A stretch of DNA of 64,000 nt from an uncultured delta proteobacterium (lineage in GTDB: Bacteria; Desulfobacterota; Syntrophia; Syntrophales; Smithellaceae), in contig CAWJQM010000001.1 of NCBI GenBank assembly GCA_963845095.1, positions 83,881-147,880 on the forward strand, written 5' to 3'. The notes beneath the pieces are model-generated. The model was not told the DNA's origin, did not search any database, and worked only from the letters and a program-made list of their open reading frames with translations. Made by a program: the position numbers and the translations under genes. Positions 20,911 through 32,396 of the stretch are shown here, one piece after another. The first letter of the stretch is position 1. Each line of letters begins with the position of its first letter.

Positions 20911-21846
20911 ATGGGTGACGGAATCAGTGATTATACAAAAAACATGGTCGATTTAAGACGGCACATGTGGATGGCGGGAGTGGAAGTGGAATTGCGCCGC
21001 CTGATCTGGCAAATTGCCGTGGTCGGGAAATATATTTCTGCAAAAATTCATGAAGCCAATCGCAAACTGGCTGGATTCAAAAATATTTACGGCGAAGACC
21101 AGCTTTCCCTGGATCGCAGTTCGGATGAGATTTTAAAAAATCAACTGCAGTTCTCCGGTTTTGTCCGGGAATATGCCTCGGAAGAGCAGGATGGGATAAT
21201 GTCCATCGGCACAGGTAACGAAAAATATATCGTCACCGCTGATCCGCTGGACGGCTCGTCGCTTGTCGAAAGTAACCTGGCAATCGGCACGATTATCGGC
21301 ATTCACAAAGAATCGGTTTTGGACACCGGCAAAAAAACAATGGTCGCAGCGCTCTACATTACTTATGGCCCGCTGATTACAATGGTTTATTCGGCAGGTT
21401 GCGGAACACACGAGTTTGTGCTCAACCGGGAAGGCGAGTATGTTCTGGGCCAGGAGAACATAATGCTGAAAGCCAAAGGCTCCATCTTTTCGCCCGGCGG
21501 CCTGCGTCGTGAATGGCTGCCGGATCATCTGAAATTTATCGAAGCACTGGAAAAAGACGGCTACAAACTGCGCTACAGCGGAGGATTCGTGCCTGATATT
21601 AACCAGGTGCTGATTAAAAAGGGCGGGTTGTTTACCTATCCGGCCCTGCAGAAATCACCACAGGGCAAGCTGCGTCTTCTGTTCGAACTGCAACCCATGG
21701 CTTTCATTATGGAACAGGCGGGCGGGCGGGCAACCGACGGCAGAACCGATATACTGTCTTTAAAAGTAGAAAGCCTTGATCAGTGTTCGCCTGTTTACAT
21801 CGGCAGCGCCGCCGAAGTTGAGATGGCTCAGCAATATTTAAAGTAA
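20911..21846 (+). CDS. fbp: Fructose-1,6-bisphosphatase class 1
   Basis: ASEE, DPLDGSS, LRYSGGFVPD, GKLRLLFE. Confidence 0.95.
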   Translation: MGDGISDYTKNMVDLRRHMWMAGVEVELRRLIWQIAVVGKYISAKIHEANRKLAGFKNIYGEDQLSLDRSSDEILKNQLQFSGFVREYASEEQDGIMSIGTGNEKYIVTADPLDGSSLVESNLAIGTIIGIHKESVLDTGKKTMVAALYITYGPLITMVYSAGCGTHEFVLNREGEYVLGQENIMLKAKGSIFSPGGLRREWLPDHLKFIEALEKDGYKLRYSGGFVPDINQVLIKKGGLFTYPALQKSPQGKLRLLFELQPMAFIMEQAGGRATDGRTDILSLKVESLDQCSPVYIGSAAEVEMAQQYLK

Positions 21847-21856
21847 AGGAGCTTGC

Positions 21857-23251
21857 ATGATATACGAAAACAAAGATCAGCTGAAAAAAGGATATTCCCG
21901 GATTATTAAACTGGACGGCGGTGATGTCCGCATTCTGGATGAGGCCAAATTGAGAAACAAACTGATTGACGATCTGATTTACACAGCGGTGTTCAGCCCC
22001 GATCGTGCGACCGCGGATGCCGCCTGCTGGCTTATCCGCCGCTCAGCCGCCGCCGCGGGAATTCTGTCCGCTTCCATCCAACCGCTTTACGAGGCGATGG
22101 GACAAGGACTGGTCAAGGGCTTTACCGTTCCGGCGATTAATCTGCGGGCGCTGACCTACCATTCCGCCCAGGCTGTTTTTCGGGCGGCAATCAAAGGCCA
22201 GGTTGGACCAGTTATCTTTGAAATTGCCCGGTCGGAAATAGACTATACTCTGCAGAGACCGCTGGAATATACCTGTGCGGTAACTGCTGCTGCTATAAAA
22301 ACCGGCTATCAGGGACCCATTTTCCTGCAGGGAGATCATTTTCAGGTCAATGCCGCTAAATTTGCCGCCGATCCAGCCAAAGAGACGCAGGCGGTTAAAA
22401 ATCTGATCTGGGAAGCGATCGAAGCCGGTTTCTATAATATTGACGTTGATACATCCACTCTCGTGGACTTAACAAAAAAAACCGTTAAAGAACAGCAGGC
22501 TGCCAATTATCTGCTGGCCGCAGAACTGACCACAATGATCAGGGATTTGGAACCACCGGGCATTACTATCTCCGTTGGCGGCGAAATCGGGGAAGTCGGT
22601 GGCAAAAACAGCACTGTTGAAGAATTGCAGGCCTTCATGGAAGGTTACCTGGAATCACTACCCCAGGGCGATCAACCGTCCGCCCCGATCAGCAAGATCA
22701 GCGTCCAGACAGGAACAACGCATGGAGGCATTCCCCTGGCGGACGGCAGCGTAGCGAAAGTTAAAATTGATTTTGACGTTCTGGAAAAATTATCCGAAGT
22801 GGCAAGAACCCGCTACGGATTAGCCGGCGCCGTGCAGCACGGCGCCTCCACCCTGCCCGATGAGGCTTTTGACAAATTCCCGGCAGTCGCGACCGCCGAA
22901 ATCCATCTGGCCACCGGTTTCCAGAATATCATTTATGACAGCCCCGATTTCCCGCCAGACCTGAAGGAGAGAATTTACGGGCATTTAAAGAAAAAATTTA
23001 AGGGCGAATGGAAAGAAAAGGACACCGAAGAACAGTTTCTTTATAAAACCCGCAAAAAAGGTTTTGGTTCCTTTAAGCAGGAGATGTGGAATTTGCCGGC
23101 TTCCACAATTTCTAAACTGGGTGCCCAACTGGAAAAGCAGCTCGTTTTTTTGTTCGGCAAGTTGCAGGTAAATTCCACTTACGAAATTACTCAAAAATAT
23201 GTTCAACCGGTCGACGTAAATTTGGAATTGCCAACAGCGCTTAAAGGGTAA
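21857..23251 (+). CDS. Class II fructose-bisphosphate aldolase family protein
   Basis: LQGDH, GGEIGEVG, GTTHGG, VQHGAS; directly follows fbp. Confidence 0.88.
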   Translation: MIYENKDQLKKGYSRIIKLDGGDVRILDEAKLRNKLIDDLIYTAVFSPDRATADAACWLIRRSAAAAGILSASIQPLYEAMGQGLVKGFTVPAINLRALTYHSAQAVFRAAIKGQVGPVIFEIARSEIDYTLQRPLEYTCAVTAAAIKTGYQGPIFLQGDHFQVNAAKFAADPAKETQAVKNLIWEAIEAGFYNIDVDTSTLVDLTKKTVKEQQAANYLLAAELTTMIRDLEPPGITISVGGEIGEVGGKNSTVEELQAFMEGYLESLPQGDQPSAPISKISVQTGTTHGGIPLADGSVAKVKIDFDVLEKLSEVARTRYGLAGAVQHGASTLPDEAFDKFPAVATAEIHLATGFQNIIYDSPDFPPDLKERIYGHLKKKFKGEWKEKDTEEQFLYKTRKKGFGSFKQEMWNLPASTISKLGAQLEKQLVFLFGKLQVNSTYEITQKYVQPVDVNLELPTALKG

Positions 23252-23267
23252 TACCATTTCTCAATTC

Positions 23268-24297
23268 ATGAAAGCGGCAATACTCGAAAAAATAGCCACG
23301 ATTTCCGGCAAGCAGCAGCCGCTGAAAATAGTGGATCTGCCTTTGCCGCAGGTGAAGGCCGGAGAAATTCTGGTTAAGGTTTCTGCGTGCGGCGTTTGTC
23401 ATACGGAACTCGATGAAATCGAAGGCCGGACACCTCCGGCGAAGCTCCCCTGTATCCCGGGTCATCAAATAATCGGCACTGTTGTTGATCATGGGAAAGG
23501 AGCCGCTAAATTTGCCACAGGCGACAGAGTTGGAATCGGCTGGATAAATTCCGCCTGCGGTCATTGTGATTACTGCCTTGCCGGGCAGGAAAATCTCTGC
23601 GATAATTTCCAGGCCACCGGGCGGGACGCGCCCGGCGGGTATGCGGAATTTGTTGCCGTCGCGGAAAATTTTGCTTTTGCCATTCCGCGATATTTTTACC
23701 AATGCGCAGGCGGCGCCTTTATTATGCGCCGGAGCAGTAGGCTTCCGTTCCCTGAGACTGGCTGATTTTAAAAATGGCCGGCGCCTGGGCCTGACAGGTT
23801 TTGGCGCCTGTGCGCATCTGATCCTGAAAATGGTTCGCTACTGCTATCCCCAAGCGGAAGTTTTTGTTTTCGCGCGGCAGGAAAATGAACGCCGCTTTGC
23901 CCGCGAAACCGGTGCGGTCTGGGCGGGGGATATCGGCGAGACATGCCCGCAAAAATTGCATGCGGTCATTGATACGACTCCGGCCTGGAAACCGGTTGTC
24001 GAAGCTTTGAAAAATCTTGCTCCGGCGGGAAGACTGGTCATCAACGCCATCCGCAAGGAAGACAATGACAAGAATTATCTTTTACAATTGAATTATTCTG
24101 AGCATCTCTGGATGGAAAAAGAAATAAAGAGCGTGGCCAATGTCAGCCGGCAAGATATCGAAGAATTTTTAACTCTGGCCGCGCAAATACCTTTATTCCC
24201 GGAAGTTGAGGAATATCCGCTCGCTGAGGCCAACCGCGCGCTGACCGAACTAAAAGAAGGCAAGATCCGCGGCGCCAAAGTGCTGAAAATCAGTTAA
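23268..24297 (+). CDS. Zinc-dependent alcohol dehydrogenase (frameshift near 23690)
   Basis: CGVCHT, PGHQIIG, CGHCDYCLAGQENLC, APLLCAG. Confidence 0.9.
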
Positions 24298-24319
24298 AAG
24301 CGGACTTCCTGGGATAGAT

Positions 24320-25245
24320 TCAATTCTTTACACTTTTGAGAAAAGCCAAATAAGCATTCGCGGTCTCCTGCGGTTTTTCGAGCATGGGAGCATGACCGCA
24401 ATCATTGATAATCACTGTCTTATACCTTTTTAAACCTTTCTCGAAAACAGGCACACTCGACACATCGATTATTTTGTCTTTGTCGCCCCAAAGAATCAAT
24501 GCCGGCGCTGCAATTTTCGGCAAATCATTTTCCAGAGAAAAAATATCCGGGCGCAATATCTCCCATTATTTTTTGATTAATGATTTTATTAGCCAAAGCT
24601 TCGCGGACAAACCATTTCTTTATCGGGTAGGGCATAAAAGGAGGATGAACAAAAATCAGACTCATTAACCGGGAAAGATCATTTTCATCCTTTAACAAAA
24701 GAGGATTTTCGCCTTTTTGCCCCATTCTGCATTACTTCACTTAATTGCGGCGATTGCACACCTGCTGCATTCAATAACCCGACACTGATAACTTCCGCGG
24801 GGTAGCGTGCTGCATAAGCGCCGGCAAACCATCCGCCCATAGAATTCCCCACAATGTGAAATTTCGAAATTTTATTTTCCTCGGCAAACTTATGCAGGCG
24901 CTCTATCTGGCTTGATAAGTCATACCGGGCAGAAACCAGCTTGGAGCTTTCGCCATGTCCGGGAAGATCCGGGATTACAACATGATAATTCTTCAAATAT
25001 GCGGCAAAACGAATCCAGTTATCTTTATTGGCCGAATAACCATGCAGAAGCAATATCGTCTCCTGCCCTGTTTTGCCTTCCAGATAGACCATATTATGGT
25101 CCCCGATCTTAATTGCTTTTTTGCTCAAACCGGCCTTGCTTCTGGCCTGGCTGATTAAAAAACCCGCTACTTTTTCCGGGAAAGCATAATATCCGCCAAC
25201 AGCGGCGACGATAATAGCCAGGATAACTATTAAAAGCTTTTTCAT
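24320..25245 (-). CDS. Alpha/beta hydrolase, lipase-like (two frameshifts)
   Basis: LLHGY, PDLPGHG, GNSMGG, LWGDKD, CGHAPMLE. Confidence 0.88.
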
Positions 25246-25283
25246 GTTGACACCCTCCCTGTTATCCCTATATAGAGGGAATT

Positions 25284-25352
25284 AGACTAAAGGCGTATAG
25301 ACTGAAGGAATCAGAAATATTCTTTTTCAGTAAGCCTTTAGTCTTCAGCCTA
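25284..25352. repeat. Intergenic REP-like inverted repeat
   Basis: AGACTAAAGGC(25284-25294)/GCCTTTAGTCT(25334-25344) plus TAGACTGAAG/CTTCAGCCTA. Confidence 0.5.
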
Positions 25353-25382
25353 AATACCTGAAGACCTTTATAGCATTAATTT

Positions 25383-26038
25383 ATGGACATTATCATCTAT
25401 TTTATCGATTTTTTTATTCACCTGGACAAATATCTGCCTGTTATCATTAAAAGTTTCGGCGTTTGGGCATATGTTATTGTTTTTCTGGTTATTTTCTGTG
25501 AAACGGGCCTGGTGGTTACACCGATTCTGCCGGGCGATTCGCTTTTGTTTGCTTTGGGCAGTTTTGCCGCCCTGGGTGCGTTAAATATTGAAATACTGTT
25601 GATTTCCCTTTGCTATCGCTGCGATTGCCGGTGACACCGTCAATTATTCCATCGGTCATTTTATCGGCCCCAAGGTTTTTCATTACGAAGACAGCCGCTT
25701 CTTCAAAAAGGAATATCTCGAGAAGACGCACCAGTTTTATGAAAAACATGGCGGCAAGACCATTATCATCGCCCGTTTTATGCCGATTATTCGCACCTTC
25801 GCTCCTTTCGTCGCCGGTGTCGGCGCGATGACTTATCCTAAATTTATCTTGTATAATATAGTCGGCGGCATTGCCTGGGTTTGTTCTTTTTTACTGGGCG
25901 GCTATTTCTTCGGCAACATACCTGCTGTAAAAGAGAATTTTACTGTGGTAATTATTGCCATCGTCATCTATGTCTGTGCTGCCCGGGTTTATTGAGTACT
26001 GGCGGCAGCGGCGCATTGCCGTCAAGGATAAAAATTGA
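25383..26038 (+). CDS. dedA: DedA family membrane protein (frameshifts)
   Basis: [34 protein letters not shown]. Confidence 0.9.
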
Positions 26039-26060
26039 AAGTCCATTTGCAGGGGAAGCT

Positions 26061-26957
26061 ATGAAGAAGAAAATTATACCGGTCATTACAGCCTTATTGT
26101 TGATCATGCTCTTGGCGGCAGCTTCCGCCGAGGCAAAGAATATCTTCAAAATCGGCAGCGACGTCACTGTGGAAAAAGATCAGCAAGTGGACACCGTCAT
26201 CGCCATCGGCGGTCAGGTAACAGTTCATGGCTTGGTCGAACGCAATGTCGTGGCGATCGGCGGCTCGGTAGTGCTGGCCAACGACTCCGTAGTGCGCGGC
26301 GATGTTATTTGTGCAGGAGGAGTCATTGTCAAAGCCAGCGGGGCTCAAGTCTTCGGCGATATCACGGAAATAAACTCGGTTAATATTGCCAACGCTTTTT
26401 CTTCCGCCCTGCGCGGGGAACTCGAAGGCTGGTCATTAATATTCAACATTATTTCGCTGTGCTTTTTTGCCGTCATCTTCATTATTTCCCTGCTGACAAC
26501 CATTCTCCTGCCCCGGCCACTGCTTGCTGTCGTTCAGGAAATTCAGAATTATAAAGTCAAATCCTTTTTCTGGGGACTGGCCGCAACACTGATGATGGTT
26601 CCGTTCTTCATGCTGCTGGTAATTTCCATTATCGGCATTACCTTGATTCCCCTGGTCTTTACCCTGCTGTTATTGGCTTTTATCCTCGGTTATATTGCTG
26701 CCGGAAACATCACGGGAAAGTACATCTTCAACAAAATATTCCGCCGACCACCGAAAGCGCTGACCGGTGTGACGATCCTGGGATTAATTTTACTGTGGCT
26801 GATCGGCTGGCTGCCTTATCTGGGCTTACTTGTTAAAATCTTTGCTCTGACGTTCGGCCTGGGCGGTGTCCTGCTCACTCTCTTTAACCGCAGATGGCAG
26901 TCGGCCGCACCATCTCCGCCGGTTAGCGAAGAGCAGGTAAAACCAGCTGTCGAATAG
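26061..26957 (+). CDS. Hypothetical membrane protein with periplasmic beta-helix-like (IGGxV) repeats
   Basis: Signal peptide, VIAIGGQV/VVAIGGSV/VICAGGVI repeats, multi-TM C-terminus. Confidence 0.75.
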   Translation: MKKKIIPVITALLLIMLLAAASAEAKNIFKIGSDVTVEKDQQVDTVIAIGGQVTVHGLVERNVVAIGGSVVLANDSVVRGDVICAGGVIVKASGAQVFGDITEINSVNIANAFSSALRGELEGWSLIFNIISLCFFAVIFIISLLTTILLPRPLLAVVQEIQNYKVKSFFWGLAATLMMVPFFMLLVISIIGITLIPLVFTLLLLAFILGYIAAGNITGKYIFNKIFRRPPKALTGVTILGLILLWLIGWLPYLGLLVKIFALTFGLGGVLLTLFNRRWQSAAPSPPVSEEQVKPAVE

Positions 26958-26992
26958 ATGTACAGCGATTCGAAAATACAGGCTTGCCTGGT

Positions 26993-27813
26993 CTATAACC
27001 ACTCTTCGGAAAGCACTTCTCCCTGCGTGCTGATGATTACCGCTTTCAGAGGAACTTTTCTTTTGGCTTTTTGCAGTGCTGCCTGCGCTATTTGCAGAAG
27101 TCCGCGGCAGCAGGGAACCTGCATCATGATGACCGTCAGAGTATTTATTTTCGCTTCATCGACCATCCGGCGTATCTTTTCCGCATAAACTTCCAGATCG
27201 TGAATCCAGCTTGGGACAGGCAATGGCGAGATTCTTTCCTTTTAAAAACCTGTTGTGGAATCCGGCCAGACTGTAGGCCACACAATCCGCAGCCAGAACT
27301 ACATCTTTCCCCCGGAAAAAAATCGGCTGCCGGATTTAGCAAATGCAGCTGAATCGGCCAGTGCGTAAGTTCCGATTGCTGCGCATCTTCGTGCGAAGCA
27401 TTTGCGGCAGCGGGAAGCTTCTTTTCAAAAACGGCGGGCGCCGAACCGGGACAACTGCCCTGCCTGTTCACCGTTTATTAATTTCAGAAAATTGCCATAC
27501 TCGTTATGCAAGTTTGCATCAAGACCTTTGCCTGCAGGATTTTTAAATGATCATTCCGATTGCTGCGGCTTCCTTTTGCTTCCAGATTTTCCAATACCTT
27601 TTTTTCATCAAAAGGCTCTGCGTCCCGTTCTTCCAGAGTCAGTGCTCCTTCCGGACATTCGCCCAGACAGGCGCCCAGGCCATCACAGATCGCGTCGTTG
27701 ATCAGCCGCGCTTTCCCGTTAATAATTTTTATTGCCTGTTCATGGCAGTTGGGTATGCACAAACCGCAGCCGGTGCATTTTTCTTCGTCAATTTTAATTA
27801 TTTTGCGCTTCAT
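26993..27813 (-). CDS. 4Fe-4S ferredoxin-domain protein (multiple frameshifts)
   Basis: CTGCGLCIPNC, CDGLGACLGECPEGA, CPGS, HWPIQLHL, MQVPCCRGL. Confidence 0.85.
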
Positions 27814-27904
27814 GGCATTGCTTACCTTTTCATTCGATCGCTGTATTCGCCTTACTTAGTAATTTTTATATGGATGCAAAAGTCTGTTCATGATTCTGCC
27901 GTGA

Positions 27905-28600
27905 TTAAGAAGGTATGGAGTGCTTTTGAATAACTCTGTCGGATTGCGGGATGAGGGAAAGCGTGATCAATTCCACTGCCATCTTTAAGTTCTTCTTTAG
28001 AAAACCATTGGTTTTTTTATCTTTTGACTTCTGTTGCTCCAGTTGAACAATGCCTGTGAACAGTCCCCAAAGAATGCAGGCCAGCGAATAAGAATCCATT
28101 TCTCTGATCAATCCCTGATCCATCGCAATTTTCAGTATTCTCCTGTTGAGAGCGCCATAGCGACGCCAGGTATCGGCGAAGCGGGCTTTCGTATTGTCGC
28201 TGTGTCCCCATATAATACCGGTCTGCTGCACCATTTGAAAGATAGTGAACAGTCCGGGGTCTTTCTCGTAGGTTTTGTAAAAGCCCCGGAAGATGTCTCG
28301 CACAAAAAGAGTTCCGGAAGAATACTTGCCCTTGAGTAATTTCTTTTCCAAAATGATCTGACAGCGTTCTAATTCCTCCATCAATGGAATTAACAGCAAA
28401 AAGTAGAGATCGTCCTTGTTTTTGAAATATTGATATAAAGTAGGCTTGCTAATTTCTACTTCTAGTGCTATTTCATCCATGGTGGTATTGAGATATCCTT
28501 TAGCGACAAAAATCCTTTTTGCCGCTTCTATAATGTTCTCAATACGCAGGTCCTTTTCTCTTTTTTTTCGATTCTCCAATACTTGTTTGGGGGTGCCCAT
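27905..28600 (-). CDS. TetR/AcrR family regulator
   Basis: IIEAAKRIFVAKGY..TTMDEIA...ISKPTLYQYFKNKDDL. Confidence 0.93.
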   Translation of the reverse strand: MGTPKQVLENRKKREKDLRIENIIEAAKRIFVAKGYLNTTMDEIALEVEISKPTLYQYFKNKDDLYFLLLIPLMEELERCQIILEKKLLKGKYSSGTLFVRDIFRGFYKTYEKDPGLFTIFQMVQQTGIIWGHSDNTKARFADTWRRYGALNRRILKIAMDQGLIREMDSYSLACILWGLFTGIVQLEQQKSKDKKTNGFLKKNLKMAVELITLSLIPQSDRVIQKHSIPS

Positions 28601-28728
28601 GGCGATCTCATCCTCGAATTATTTTTCCTTCTTAAAAGTATATCACCTCTAGGATATGGATACAAGGGATTCTATATATTTCCGCAAAAAATTTATCTGA
28701 AAGTTTATCTGGGAAAGAAATAAATCCC

Positions 28729-28773
28729 TTGACAATCAATGGTTACTCTTGGTAATTATTTTACTAAATGTAA
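28729..28773 (+). promoter_or_regulatory. Promoter with tandem palindromic operators (probable TetR sites)
   Basis: TTGACA 28729-28734; TTAC-N5-GTAA at 28743-28755 and 28761-28773. Confidence 0.6.
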
Positions 28774-29002
28774 CTAGTTTTACGTCCAGTTTACCAAAGT
28801 CACAGTGGCTGTTCGTCGCAACGCGCACCTAGAGGTTCTCTTGAAATCAAGAGAGTAAAGGTGAAAATTATTTCTAGTTGTGTAAAAATTGAAGCAACAT
28901 CTCCAACCGCGAATGTTATTCAATCCTAAAGAAAGGGGGAAAAAGATTTAACGGAAGAGGAGAATTCTCATTTATTTCTAACATAAATAGGGAGGGTATC
29001 TT

Positions 29003-30326
29003 ATGTTCAAAACTAGAAAAAGTATTCGATTATCAATAGGATTGGCCATTTCATTCACTGTGTTTTGTATGTTAAGTATTTTAATGATTTCACATGCCGA
29101 CGCTAAAAGCATCAAAATCGGTGTTATCGGACCTATGAAAGACATTCAGGGGAAGCACCATTGGATTGCCGCCAACATGGCAGCCGACGAAATCAATAAG
29201 GCCGGCGGCGTAAAGGTCGGCAAGGAAAAATACACGATAGAACTTGTCAGCGTAGATTCCAATGAAACAGCCAGTGTTCCCGATGCCGTGAATGCATTTC
29301 AGCGTGTTATCGGAAACGTTGATTTCATGGTCGGCGGGTTTCGCTCCGAGCCAACACTGGCGATGATGGAGGTAATGGCAGACAACAAAAAGGTTTTCCT
29401 GAGCTGCGGGCCGTCTGCTTCACAACTGGCCTTAAAGGTTGCTCAAAATTACGATCGTTACAAATACTGGTTCCGGGGCGGACCCGTTAATACAGATGCA
29501 TCCATGCCCTCCGCTTTTTTACCGCTCAAGATGGTCGCAGACGCCATCCGAAAAGAACTGGGAATTAAAACACCTAAAATAGCACTGCTGGCCGACAAAG
29601 CCCTTTATTGCGAACCGGCCATCCAGTTGATCCAGAGCAAGGCCGCCGACATTGGCGTAGAGGTGGTTGGGGTCTGGAGACCTTCCTTTACGGCCTCTAA
29701 TGTTATGCCGGAGTTAACGGCCATCAAGAATGCCGGCGCCCAGATGATCAGCACTTATACTGCCGGACCTGCCGGACTGGCCTATTCCAAACAGGGAGGC
29801 GAACTTAAGATCCCTGCCGCAATGATCGGCCTTAATGTCCAAGCACAGACACTCAACCATTGGCAGCAGACAGGAGGACTATGCAACTATAACACCATGC
29901 TGGCCTTTTTCGCTCCAGTGGAAGCGACATCCAGAAGCCTTCACTTCTATAACAACTTTGTCAAAAAGACCGGTGAAGCACCTACTTCAACAGCCGCTAC
30001 ATATGACGGGATCTACATCCTGAAAGAGGCCGCGGAAAGGGCAGGGACGATTGAAAGCGAGGCCATGGTCAAAAGCCTGGAGAAAACGGATTTCGGCGGA
30101 GCCCAGGGAAGAATTGCGTATTACACCACTAGTGAACAATGGCCTCACGATCTGCGCTATGGTCCGGGGTACATCACTTTCTTTTATGTCCAGTGGAGAG
30201 ACGGGGGAACAGAAGGTTGTATGGCCTGACGGCGACTCGTCCATCAACAAAATCAGATACAAGGGAACAGTTGATTACAAACTACCTCCCTGGATGGTCG
30301 AATACTGGAAAAAAGCAGCAAAATAA
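29003..30326 (+). CDS. LIV-type ABC substrate-binding protein (frameshift near 30205)
   Basis: IKIGVIGPM, AADEINKAGGV, GGFRSE, YKYWFR. Confidence 0.88.
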
Positions 30327-30438
30327 CTTAAAAAAGACAGTATGCTTAGCCTTGGGCGGCATGCTGTCTTTTTTCGGCACTTAATAACTAGAAACTGCTA
30401 TATCTGGCATACGCAGCAAATATGGAGGGGTTTGTTTA

Positions 30439-31314
30439 ATGACAGAAGCAATTATTATTAATGGTCTGATCTCGGGAGGAATCTATGCGATTCTGGCGAT
30501 CGGTTTCTCCCTTATCTTTGGCGTTGCTAAAATTCTGAACATGGCCCATACGGCCTTTTACATGATAACCGGTTACTTTATTCATATCATCTTATCCAAA
30601 TTGGGGGTATCGCTTTTTATAGCCGACATCACCGCCGTCATTCTGACGGTCCTTGTAGCGATTATTTGCTATCAGTTGTTTTTTGATCGGGTTAAGGAAC
30701 AGCATAATGCCGTCATGATCATCTCCATCGCTCTGGCTATGCTCTTTCAGGAGATCTTTAGCATCTCGTTTGGATCAGAGCACTTGTCACTTCCCTCGTT
30801 TATCACAGGGTATGTGGAATTGATAGGAGGGGTGAGGGTTACCTGGCAGCACATCATCGCTCTTGGCTTTTTTATTCTCGCAATTATTCTCATGTGGATT
30901 CTCCTTCAGTTTACAAAACTGGGAAAAACCATCCGCGTGGTTTCGGAAGATCGAGAAATCGCGAATCTCATGGGAATAAACGTCTCGAATATATGCCTTA
31001 TCACCATCGGCATCTCATCATTACTGGCTGGATTGGCCGGTGTATTTGTTATTCCTTTATTCTCTTTTTATCCGACTATGTGGTCCGCTCCTCTTGTAGT
31101 AGTACTGGCAGCCGTGGTGCTCGGTGGGCTGGGAAGCATCTGGGGAAGCATTCTTGGGGCTTTTATTCTCGGTTTTGCCGAGACTATTGTGACGTTTGTC
31201 GTCCCCATGGGATCTTTTCTGGGTGGCGCAGTATCCTTGATTATCATGATATTTGTCCTATTGATCAGACCGGAAGGCTTGTTCGGTGTTGTTTTTGAAG
31301 GGGAGAGACTATGA
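30439..31314 (+). CDS. livH: LIV-type ABC permease
   Basis: GIYAILAIGFSLIFGV, VVLGGLGS, IRPEGLFG. Confidence 0.9.
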   Translation: MTEAIIINGLISGGIYAILAIGFSLIFGVAKILNMAHTAFYMITGYFIHIILSKLGVSLFIADITAVILTVLVAIICYQLFFDRVKEQHNAVMIISIALAMLFQEIFSISFGSEHLSLPSFITGYVELIGGVRVTWQHIIALGFFILAIILMWILLQFTKLGKTIRVVSEDREIANLMGINVSNICLITIGISSLLAGLAGVFVIPLFSFYPTMWSAPLVVVLAAVVLGGLGSIWGSILGAFILGFAETIVTFVVPMGSFLGGAVSLIIMIFVLLIRPEGLFGVVFEGERL

Positions 31315-32384
31315 TGGAACAAATTACTTGGATGCTGAGAATTTTCCAAAAAGAGATCCTGGCTGTACCGGGAAAGGCCATAATCCTCTCCTTTTTTATA
31401 ATTGCGTATGCACTCCCGCTGTTCATCAAGGATCCCTACATCCTGAACGTGTTGATTATCGCTGCCATTTACGCAATCTTCGCCACCAGCTGGGACCTAA
31501 TCTCCGGCTATACGGGCCAAGTCAATCTCGGCCACGCCCTTTTCTTCGGGGTTGGCGCCTATACTGTGGCTATTCTCAATGTTAATTTTGGCTGTCCATC
31601 CTGGATCGCTATAATAATAGGAAGTATCGCCGCGGTCATTGTTGGACTGATCGCGGGAATTCCCGCATTGCGTTTAAGGGGTTTCTATTTGGCTCTGGTT
31701 ACACTTTCCTTCCCGATTATCCTGGCTGGAGTCGTGATGTTCTTCGCCGATTTCACCGGAGGGGAAAACGGCATACCGGGGGTGAAATCACTTTCGAATA
31801 ATCGCCTGGTTAATTATTACATCGTTTACCTGATCATGACTCTCTCCATTTTCATTATGTATAAGCTGACAGATGCGAGCAGCAAATTCCTCCGAACGGG
31901 TGTGATTATTCAGGCAATCCGGGATGATGAAATATCCGCCCGCAATTCGGGAATCAATACAACCAGGTATAAACTTCTGGCCTTCGCCTTCAGTGGTTTT
32001 TTTGCCGGGCTTGCCGGTGGGCTTTATGCCGTAACGATGAGGGTTACGGGGCTCTCCACGCTGGAACTGGGGCTTACTTTCCAGGCAATCCTCTGGACTA
32101 TTTTTGGAGGCATATCAACTATCTACGGTCCCGTCATGGGTGTTTTTATCCTCTACCCGCTAATCGAATTTTTGAATTTATTTCCGACTGTTGCTGAATT
32201 TCGGTGGATCCTTTTTGCCTTGATACTTCTCTTCGTTCTTCTTTTTATGCCCGAAGGATTGGGGCCTTGGATACGAGATAAACTGGAAGTGAATTGCACC
32301 AGGTGCAAATTACCTAATATTTTTACCAGGCGTAAATGCAGGGTATGCAACACGGAACTACATCTCGAGAAAAAGAAAAATTAG
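31311..32384 (+). CDS. livM: LIV-type ABC permease with C-terminal zinc ribbon
   Basis: GYTGQVNLGHALFFG, LRLRGFYLALVTL; tail CTRC...CRVC. Confidence 0.9.
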   Translation: MMEQITWMLRIFQKEILAVPGKAIILSFFIIAYALPLFIKDPYILNVLIIAAIYAIFATSWDLISGYTGQVNLGHALFFGVGAYTVAILNVNFGCPSWIAIIIGSIAAVIVGLIAGIPALRLRGFYLALVTLSFPIILAGVVMFFADFTGGENGIPGVKSLSNNRLVNYYIVYLIMTLSIFIMYKLTDASSKFLRTGVIIQAIRDDEISARNSGINTTRYKLLAFAFSGFFAGLAGGLYAVTMRVTGLSTLELGLTFQAILWTIFGGISTIYGPVMGVFILYPLIEFLNLFPTVAEFRWILFALILLFVLLFMPEGLGPWIRDKLEVNCTRCKLPNIFTRRKCRVCNTELHLEKKKN

Positions 32385-32396
32385 GAGGATTCCCCA

